Virus genome (UHGV): UHGV-0227640
Reading direction: 5' to 3' (one strand)
Length of the DNA: 11,035 nucleotides
Source of the DNA: a virus
The notes beneath the pieces were generated by a model. The model saw only the letters and a program-made list of their open reading frames with translations, ran no database searches and was not told the origin of the DNA. The number at the start of each line of letters is the position of its first letter. Position 1 is the stretch's first letter. Of this stretch, positions 5,721 through 11,035 are shown in pieces. The position numbers and the translations under genes are program-made.

Positions 5721-6470
5721 TCACTCTCCTTTGATGCGAATGCCAGCGGCGCGGATTGCAGCGATGACTTCAGAAACTTTGTATGCCATTACCGTTTGGT
5801 AATCATCGTGAAAATCTGTTCGATGAAGCATGCTGCTACGTTCCGGGAGCGATATTTCCCGAGCATCCAGTTCCTTAACGCGTTCCTCCAGTTCGTAGAC
5901 CCTGCATTGTTCTCTATCATCAATCAGATATAACCCAAGACATTCGCTTTCTACCCAACCGCCAAAATCATGATCGTAACGCTCACATGAAAACTCACCG
6001 TCACCGTCCTTTGTTGGAATGGTGTAACTATCTAATGGGCCACCATATGTCGGCACATTCCCCAATGTTGGATGCTCAATCCACATGAAAAATGCACGTC
6101 CGGTTATTGGGCAAATATCTGGCCGCCATTGGTTACGAACAGCCTTGGTTTCGGATAATTCTTCAGCGTGTTGTTTTACTTCCTCAAGCTCAACTCTCAG
6201 CTTCCCTACCGTTAGCGCAATATCCTCGTTCTCCTGGTCGCGGCGTTTGATGTATTGCTGGTTCCTTTCCCGTTCATCCAGTAGTGCCAGCACGGTTTCT
6301 GGTCCGGTCAGAAATTTGAAGGCATTGAGCGCATCAATATCCACACCGTAATCTTTAAGTTCCTGTTCACTTAACAAATCATCATCAGTTGGCAACATTA
6401 ACAGGCGTTCCATTGCTGGAATTGCACGTTCTGCTGCCTCACGCAGTGCCTGGTAATTAATTTCGCTCAC
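5721..6470 (-). CDS. Ea22-like (ead/Ea22 family) early protein, 249 aa
   Basis: GTG start at 6470 with AAGGAGG upstream. N-terminus MSEINYQALREAAERA is characteristic of lambdoid Ea22-like proteins as I recall them. Coiled-coil-like middle. C-terminus ...AGIRIKGE. Confidence 0.7.
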   Translation of the reverse strand: MSEINYQALREAAERAIPAMERLLMLPTDDDLLSEQELKDYGVDIDALNAFKFLTGPETVLALLDERERNQQYIKRRDQENEDIALTVGKLRVELEEVKQHAEELSETKAVRNQWRPDICPITGRAFFMWIEHPTLGNVPTYGGPLDSYTIPTKDGDGEFSCERYDHDFGGWVESECLGLYLIDDREQCRVYELEERVKELDAREISLPERSSMLHRTDFHDDYQTVMAYKVSEVIAAIRAAGIRIKGE

Positions 6471-6910
6471 TGGTTGCCTCCTTTGCGAAGCTCTGCGGCT
6501 AAATACTCCAACGCCATTACCGGGACGCCAACAAGCACAGTTCCTTTAAACTTCTTATGCAGGTGCTCGATAGCTGTATCCACGCCCTGCGCCCGTACTT
6601 CAGCCAGGAAAGCATCGGTGGCCGGAGTTTCAGGAATCCGTCTCCTCATCAGTTCTATTGCATGATTGAACCCGAAATCTTCAGCAAGAGATACGTCATC
6701 CATATTGTCATTGTCGTCCTCAATATCCCGTGGTTCTGGAATTGCAGACTTTATTACCGCATTCTCCGCCGCCAGCGCCGCGCACTTGGCCTCAAGAGCG
6801 GCAACCACTTCCTGATGGTCTTTGTACTTAACGTATGAGCCGGAGATGTCATCACCTTCGGTGTTTAGCCATGCGTCATTGCAATTCACTGCGTAGGTTC
6901 TGATGCTCAT
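6467..6910 (-). CDS. Hypothetical phage protein (147 aa); possibly the C-terminal part of a split Ea22-like gene
   Basis: Start MSIRTYAVNCND... at 6910 with GGGAGAG upstream; ATGA overlap with the stop of the 61-aa ORF. The ORF-track extension to 6967 is read in the frame overlapping that ORF. Confidence 0.55.
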   Translation of the reverse strand: MSIRTYAVNCNDAWLNTEGDDISGSYVKYKDHQEVVAALEAKCAALAAENAVIKSAIPEPRDIEDDNDNMDDVSLAEDFGFNHAIELMRRRIPETPATDAFLAEVRAQGVDTAIEHLHKKFKGTVLVGVPVMALEYLAAELRKGGNQ

Positions 6911-7092
6911 GTTGATGCTCTCCCGCCCCTGACAGACGCCAGGCCAGTCAATAAAGTATCCGCACAATGCCTACCCTCAGACGTGCGCGCAGGATAAATG
7001 CCGTTATGACCCGGCAAAATATATGCTACCCATTCATCTTGCGTTGCCTGTTCCGCCGCCTCGCGCAGTGCCTGATAGTCAATCTTGCTCAC
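6907..7092 (-). CDS. Ea22-like N-terminal fragment (61 aa); truncated paralog or 5' part of a frameshifted gene spanning 6467-7092
   Basis: GTG start at 7092. MSKIDYQALREAAEQATQDEW matches the N-terminus of the 249-aa Ea22-like protein. DNA at 7040-7092 is about 80% identical to 6421-6470. Confidence 0.45.
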   Translation of the reverse strand: MSKIDYQALREAAEQATQDEWVAYILPGHNGIYPARTSEGRHCADTLLTGLASVRGGRAST

Positions 7093-7573
7093 TGGTCGCC
7101 TCCTTCATAAAAATAATCCAGTGGGTCTTGTCACCCTTTCCTGTTCGTTGACCGATAACAGGCTTTCTGTCGGTCAGTGCCAATATCTGGCGAACAGGTA
7201 TTTGCGTTTCATTCCATTTAAAAATCAGAACGCTGTATGGCCGCAACACACGAAAGGCTTCTTTAAATCCCTGCCGCAAATCATCACGCCAGGTATCTTT
7301 ATTCAGCCGTCCATATTTCTTTCCCATCCAGGCGTTATCACCAACACGCTCAAGATGCGGAGGGTCGAATACAACAACCGGAAACGATGCGTCTGCAAAT
7401 GGTAATGCACGAAAATCTGCTATCAGGTCAGGGCTAATTATCAGTCTTCGTCCATCACATAATGTGTGCTCTTCCTTTCTGATATCGCTAAATATCGCCC
7501 GGTCGTCATTCTTATCGAACCAGAACATGCGGCTGCCACAGCACATATCAAGAATGGTTGCCGGTGCACTCAC
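7079..7573 (-). CDS. Small SAM-dependent DNA methyltransferase (orphan; N6-adenine or N4-cytosine type)
   Basis: 164-aa ORF. Motif I-like ILDMCCGSRMFWFD near the N-terminus and motif IV-like VVVFDPPH. GTG start overlapping the upstream stop (GTGA). No adjacent restriction enzyme gene. Confidence 0.6.
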   Translation of the reverse strand: MSAPATILDMCCGSRMFWFDKNDDRAIFSDIRKEEHTLCDGRRLIISPDLIADFRALPFADASFPVVVFDPPHLERVGDNAWMGKKYGRLNKDTWRDDLRQGFKEAFRVLRPYSVLIFKWNETQIPVRQILALTDRKPVIGQRTGKGDKTHWIIFMKEATSEQD

Positions 7574-7992
7574 TGCGCTACCTCCTGAAAATTACCCTGA
7601 TAAAACGACAATATGCGCTGCATAACTTCGCTCTTCCGGCACTCGCGACAGATTATGTTCTGACGCCTGTCGTAGCGGCGTATTTCGCCGTCTGGTAATA
7701 GCCAGATAAGGTCCGGATCAACCACAGATGGTTTCTTCAGCTTTGCCCTTGAGAGTTTTTTGCGGGCGTTTTGCCAGTCCTTGCGCGCCTGCTCAGACGG
7801 GAATACTCCGTAACCGGAATTGTAAACATCACCACTGGCGGCCAGCTCCATGCATAAACGACCGACAGACGCATGACTGACACCAATTTCATCCGATAAC
7901 TGCCGAATCGTGCCTCGTCCGTTAAGGCGTACGAATTCCACGATCAGCCCTTTAATTTTTTCCCGCTCTTCTTGTGTAAAAACTTTTGCCAC
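7570..7992 (-). CDS. HTH (winged-helix-like) DNA-binding protein, 140 aa
   Basis: ORF-track ORF. GTG start with GGAGG 5 nt upstream. HTH-like segment GTIRQLSDEIGVSHASVGRLCMELA. Confidence 0.6.
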   Translation of the reverse strand: MAKVFTQEEREKIKGLIVEFVRLNGRGTIRQLSDEIGVSHASVGRLCMELAASGDVYNSGYGVFPSEQARKDWQNARKKLSRAKLKKPSVVDPDLIWLLPDGEIRRYDRRQNIICRECRKSEVMQRILSFYQGNFQEVAQ

Positions 7993-8032
7993 AAGCCCTC
8001 CTGAAAATTACCTCATGACCAGAAATTAACAC

Positions 8033-8995
8033 TTACCCCCTGAAGCCCGGCGGAATTTCAGTGTCCGGTTCAGAAATGTGATTCACGCAACGCTGCGCAG
8101 GCGAACGCCCCAGGCGGATAACCAGTTCATCCCATTTTTCCCGGAGTTTTGCCGGACTCATGATGTTTTTTACCCAGAACGAATCCCGCTGGAGACGCCC
8201 AAACATTTCACAAATTTGTCTGTGAGTTCTGCCATCCAGCATCCGCATTGTGCGAACGTCATTGGCCCATGCTGTCCAGTTGGGTTCTTTCGGTCTAGTG
8301 ATCTCGCCATCATAGCTGGCCGCCTGCTCGTAAAGACTCACGATTCGTCCCCAGATCCACTGTGCGCACACCAAATCTTCCTGACTTCCCCACTGGCGTT
8401 TTTTCGCACTGAACACAACCGCGTCAGGGTGTCGGGTTAAAAAATCCTGTTCAGCCGTCTGCGGGTCCGGTTGCGAAGCGTCCGGACAAGAAGATCTTTT
8501 ATCTGACGGATCAGGTTTTAATACTGACGGATCGGGGTCAATCATCGGCCCCCTAATCGGCAGTTTTTTATCAACAGTTGATCCATCAAAATTTGACGGG
8601 TCAACCGTTGAGGGGTCAATATTTGACGGGTCAACTGTTAACGGGTCATTTTTTGCCGGGCTAATTTTTCTTTTCGGTTTATATGACTCACGCGCCGCCG
8701 CCGCAGCTGCTTCGAGTTTTTCCACATTAAGCCGATAGATATTGCTTACATTACGCCCACCGACCTTACGCTCTTCCTTCGTCAGCCAGCCCTCTTTCGC
8801 CAGTTCTGCAATAGCCGATTTCACTGTGGATTCACTTCTTGCACCGATCTGACGCCGGATAGTTTCAATGGCAGGCCATGACACGCCCTCGTCATTGCTG
8901 TAGTCTGCAAGACGGGCCATAACCGCCACCCTGGATAAGATCATGCCGGTGAAGGCGCACCCTTCCCAGACAAGACCATGAAGCTTGCTGCTCAT
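8033..8995 (-). CDS. Phage replication initiator (lambda O-like): N-terminal winged-helix DNA-binding domain, repetitive linker, C-terminal domain
   Basis: N-terminus ...MARLADYSNDEGVSWPAIETIRRQIGARSESTVKSAIAELAKEGWLTKEER. Linker with repeats DPLTVDPSNIDPSTVDPSNFDGSTVD encoded by the DNA iterons. ATG at 8995 with a G-rich SD preferred over GTG at 9010. Confidence 0.75.
   Translation of the reverse strand: MSSKLHGLVWEGCAFTGMILSRVAVMARLADYSNDEGVSWPAIETIRRQIGARSESTVKSAIAELAKEGWLTKEERKVGGRNVSNIYRLNVEKLEAAAAAARESYKPKRKISPAKNDPLTVDPSNIDPSTVDPSNFDGSTVDKKLPIRGPMIDPDPSVLKPDPSDKRSSCPDASQPDPQTAEQDFLTRHPDAVVFSAKKRQWGSQEDLVCAQWIWGRIVSLYEQAASYDGEITRPKEPNWTAWANDVRTMRMLDGRTHRQICEMFGRLQRDSFWVKNIMSPAKLREKWDELVIRLGRSPAQRCVNHISEPDTEIPPGFRG
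8500..8690. repeat. Iteron array plus A+T-rich segment: putative phage origin of replication inside the initiator gene
   Basis: About six copies of TGACGG(G/A)TCA and variants at 8504, 8525, 8594, 8609, 8624 and 8638, some spaced 15 bp apart, followed by the A+T-rich stretch 8649-8685 (TTTTTTGCCGGGCTAATTTTTCTTTTCGGTTTATATG). Confidence 0.55.
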
Positions 8996-9017
8996 AAAAC
9001 CCCCGAACACCGTGCTT

Positions 9018-9443
9018 TTAGTGCATCACCACAGCATTCCCTGCCGGGCCGCCGCGATTCATCTGGTCATACAAAACAACCGCTGACGCAACAAAATCAT
9101 CGACATCCTTCACCAGCCGATCCCTCCGTTCGACGATCTCACGGTAATATTCAGAACTGTGGCTGCGCATACGGGCCACCAGCAAAGGCGGCATCGCCTT
9201 TTCGATCGCCGGTAACAGAGCCTGCATTTTTTCAACAGCATCAGGGGTGTCTTTATCCAGCCAACGGAAAATTTTCTGGGTATTACGGGCCAGGGCTTCC
9301 GGATGGCTGTCGTCATACAGTTCCGGGAACGTCATTCCCAGCTCGAAATACGCTTTGGTAATTTTCGCAGCCGGCACTTTTTCGCCGTCCGGATGCGCCC
9401 AGACATTCATCGCCATGCGGATGTGTTCATGCTTGATTTTCAT
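9018..9443 (-). CDS. YdaT-like (CII-like) regulatory protein, 141 aa
   Basis: ORF-track ORF MKIKHEHIRMAMNVWAHPDGEK.... The position (between the Cro-like and replication genes) and the N-terminus resemble E. coli Rac YdaT as I recall it. Confidence 0.6.
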   Translation of the reverse strand: MKIKHEHIRMAMNVWAHPDGEKVPAAKITKAYFELGMTFPELYDDSHPEALARNTQKIFRWLDKDTPDAVEKMQALLPAIEKAMPPLLVARMRSHSSEYYREIVERRDRLVKDVDDFVASAVVLYDQMNRGGPAGNAVVMH

Positions 9444-9708
9444 GAATCAAGCTCCTAGAAAGTGGTTGTGTTAACGTTTTGGTATCTTCCAGCTCGGGCC
9501 AAATATTCATCCAATCAAAAGGCCTTAGTTGCTGACGTGTAACTTCACCATTACTGGCTCGCTCAATAAGGACACATAACGATGCCCCTAACACTTGACC
9601 TTTACTCAATGCCTTTCTTAGATAACCGATGCTGGTACCACACTCGCATGCAAACATACGCTGTTCATCTGACGAAAGAGAATTGAGAAATATTCTTAAT
9701 TCTTCCAT
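9427..9708 (-). CDS. Cro-like / YdaS-like HTH regulator, 93 aa
   Basis: ORF-track ORF. AAGGAG 6 nt upstream of ATG at 9708. HTH-like segment CECGTSIGYLRKALSKGQVLGASLCVLIERAS. Divergent from the repressor gene. Confidence 0.7.
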   Translation of the reverse strand: MEELRIFLNSLSSDEQRMFACECGTSIGYLRKALSKGQVLGASLCVLIERASNGEVTRQQLRPFDWMNIWPELEDTKTLTQPLSRSLIHENQA

Positions 9709-9732
9709 AGCTACTCCTTAGTAAACACAGCA

Positions 9733-9802
9733 AAGAATACCCACAGGTAAACAAAAGTCAATACCCACAGGTTGTTTACCTTGCGGTAATCGCATCTATT
9801 AT
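9733..9802. promoter_or_regulatory. Immunity switch: divergent promoters with operator-like sites
   Basis: Sites TACCCACAGGTA (9738-9749) and TACCCACAGGTT (9762-9773), 24 bp centre to centre. Inverted repeat AGGTAAACAA / TTGTTTACCT (9746-9755 / 9771-9780). Leftward promoter TTGACT (9761-9756), 16 bp, TATTCT. Rightward TTTACC (9775-9780), 16 bp, TATTAT (9797-9802), placing the transcript start at or next to the ATG at 9809 (leaderless, no SD). Confidence 0.5.
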
Positions 9803-9808
9803 TTACCT

Positions 9809-10228
9809 ATGGACAAATATGAATTTAGACGACAGCAACTCATCAAAATTCGTGATGAGAAATGCGATGGTAAAGCGGTTAACGTGGCCAGAAAGATCGG
9901 GCGCGAGCCTTCTTATGTATCAAGAATGTTGTACCCAGAGGGGAAAAAGGGAAAAAAACGGATCGCTGATGATATGGTGGAGATTATCGAAGAGTCCTTT
10001 GGGTTACCCCGGGGATGGATGGATGGTATCGTTTCATCATCAACGAACACAGCCTCCAGTTATGAAACAAGGGTTCTAACGCCACGACAACGTATTTTTT
10101 TAGATCTCTTAGACGAACTGCCAGAAAGTGAAGCGGATAAATTATTAAAAACTCTTGAAGAGAAAAAACAGTATTACAATATGATCTACGAAGAAATCCG
10201 TAAAAAGAAAGCACAAAACGCATCATAG
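9809..10228 (+). CDS. Prophage repressor-like HTH protein (positional equivalent of CI/DicA/RacR), 139 aa
   Basis: ORF-track ORF. HTH-like segment AVNVARKIGREPSYVSRMLYP. C-terminal ...LDELPESEADKLLKTL resembles the DicA C-terminal region as I recall it. No S24 peptidase domain. Confidence 0.7.
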   Translation: MDKYEFRRQQLIKIRDEKCDGKAVNVARKIGREPSYVSRMLYPEGKKGKKRIADDMVEIIEESFGLPRGWMDGIVSSSTNTASSYETRVLTPRQRIFLDLLDELPESEADKLLKTLEEKKQYYNMIYEEIRKKKAQNAS

Positions 10229-10270
10229 CTCACCAAACAACTAGTCACCAGTTAAGACACCGCAAAAATT

Positions 10271-10307
10271 TACCCATGGGTATTTACTTTTTAAATACCT
10301 ATGGGTA
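10271..10307. promoter_or_regulatory. Second pair of operator-like sites upstream of the ydfA-like operon
   Basis: Perfect palindrome TACCCATGGGTA (10271-10282) and TACCTATGGGTA (10296-10307), 25 bp centre to centre, same consensus as the sites at 9738-9773. Confidence 0.4.
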
Positions 10308-10493
10308 TCCTTCTTTTCATACCAACCCACCCCGCCCCACAGAACGCCAGGCAATACTTCGAGTTACCCGGCAGTGGTCAGGGGTTAAGTAGCCAGCCCG
10401 AGGCGTATGAACATGACGGCGGGAACACTTTATATAACAGCGCAGCAGTTTTTTAGTTCCGCTACCCCGGCGTTAAGGGGAAATGAGGTCAGC

Positions 10494-10649
10494 ATGGATA
10501 CTATCGATCTTGGCAACAGCGAATCTCTGGTATGTGGCGTGTTCCCCAACCAGGACGGTACGTTCACCGCAATGACGTATACCAAAAGCAAAACGTTTAA
10601 AACCGAAAATGGTGCCCGTCGCTGGCTGGAAAGAAACTCAGGTGAGTGA
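10494..10649 (+). CDS. ydfA: YdfA/YdaF-family (DUF1391) small protein, 51 aa
   Basis: Internal start MDTIDLGNSESLVCGVFPNQDGTFTAMTYTKSKTFKTENGARRWLERNSGE with GAGG 6 nt upstream. Matches YdfA of the K-12 dicB operon from memory. The ORF-track extension from 10407 lacks an SD. Confidence 0.6.
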   Translation: MDTIDLGNSESLVCGVFPNQDGTFTAMTYTKSKTFKTENGARRWLERNSGE

Positions 10650-10650
10650 T

Positions 10651-10779
10651 ATGGATTTTGACACAATCATGGAAAAGGCTTACGAAGAATACTTCGAAGG
10701 CCTTGCCGAAGGCGAAGAAGCTCACAGCTTCAACGAATTTAAACAGGTGCTTTCCAGTTCGGCAAAATCTAACGGCTGA
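10651..10779 (+). CDS. ydfB: YdfB-like small protein, 42 aa
   Basis: Manual translation MDFDTIMEKAYEEYFEGLAEGEEAHSFNEFKQVLSSSAKSNG. Start is 1 nt after the upstream TGA. Size and position match ydfB. Below ORF-track cutoff. Confidence 0.5.
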   Translation: MDFDTIMEKAYEEYFEGLAEGEEAHSFNEFKQVLSSSAKSNG

Positions 10780-10808
10780 TAAGCGAAACAGCACCGCGAG
10801 GAATCAGT

Positions 10809-11027
10809 ATGCAGAAACGAGAACCCGTCATCATCGCGCCAGACTATACCGATGATGAACTTTATGAGTGGATGCGCCAGAAAATTAATGCAGCGCAGGA
10901 TCTGAAATGGGCCAATGAAGCCAGGACTAAGCAGGCTGAAAATCTGTCCGCTCTGGAGCAGGATATCACCAGGCTGGAAAAAGCAGCGGCATTAAGCATT
11001 GCCAGAATGGTTACATACCCACGTTAA
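10809..11027 (+). CDS. ydfC: YdfC-like protein, 72 aa
   Basis: ORF-track ORF MQKREPVIIAPDYTDDELYEWMRQKINAAQDLKW.... GAGGAA SD. Size and position match ydfC of the dicB operon from memory. Confidence 0.55.
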   Translation: MQKREPVIIAPDYTDDELYEWMRQKINAAQDLKWANEARTKQAENLSALEQDITRLEKAAALSIARMVTYPR

Positions 11028-11035
11028 TAGCTAAC

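Noticed and set aside
6085-6838. Plus-strand ORFs 6085-6351, 6474-6665 and 6557-6838
   Set aside because: Antisense to the Ea22-like and 147-aa genes; Ser-rich or odd composition; no SD.
8500-8660. Possible CRISPR array or collagen-like repeat
   Set aside because: Repeats are about 10 bp with irregular 14-21 bp spacing inside a coding sequence and next to an A+T-rich tract: iterons, not CRISPR repeat-spacer units.
7085-9474. Plus-strand ORFs 7085-7405, 8078-8440, 8978-9361, 9247-9474 and minus-strand ORF 9110-9316
   Set aside because: All overlap the methyltransferase, initiator or YdaT-like genes in other frames or antisense; none has a credible start context.
9819-10226. ORFs 9819-10079 (+) and 9984-10226 (-) inside the repressor gene
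   Set aside because: Alternative frame and antisense of the HTH-containing repressor frame, which carries the recognisable domain.
10430-10855. ORFs 10430-10666 (-), 10597-10794 (-) and 10646-10855 (+)
   Set aside because: Overlap the ydfA/ydfB-like genes, whose sizes, SDs and tight spacing fit the known small-gene operon better.
1-11035. tRNA/att site, integrase, IS element or rRNA
   Set aside because: No cloverleaf-like tRNA candidate, no long terminal inverted repeats, no transposase- or integrase-like ORF seen; the window appears to be internal to a prophage.

Overview
This 11-kb window reads as the immunity/early region of a lambdoid (E. coli Qin/Rac-type) prophage plus accessory cargo. 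Right end (9.7-11.0 kb): a repressor-like gene (+) and a Cro-like gene (-) diverge from a 100-bp switch region carrying operator-like 12-mers, followed rightward by three small genes whose sizes and sequences match, from memory, ydfA/ydfB/ydfC of the dicA-dicB region. From the Cro-like gene a tightly packed minus-strand operon runs leftward with many ATGA/GTGA stop-start overlaps: a YdaT/CII-like protein, an O-like replication initiator with iterons inside its coding sequence, an HTH protein, a small SAM-dependent DNA methyltransferase, Ea22-like paralogs (one intact, others truncated or decayed), a nuclease-like protein and several small acidic or zinc-ribbon proteins. The left third (0.5-3.3 kb) is accessory: a 59-aa two-helix membrane protein in an A+T-rich island, a hok/gef-family type I toxin gene (51 aa, below the ORF-track cutoff) with a 258-bp leader, and an A+T-rich two-gene operon bracketed by near-identical terminator hairpins. 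That operon (a 204-aa protein of unknown function translationally coupled to a 381-aa XRE-HTH + ImmA/IrrE-type HEXXH metallopeptidase fusion) is the strongest candidate here for an uncharacterised toxin-antitoxin / anti-phage module. No rRNA, tRNA, CRISPR array, IS element or integrase is visible. All homology statements come from reading the sequence and from memory; no searches were run.
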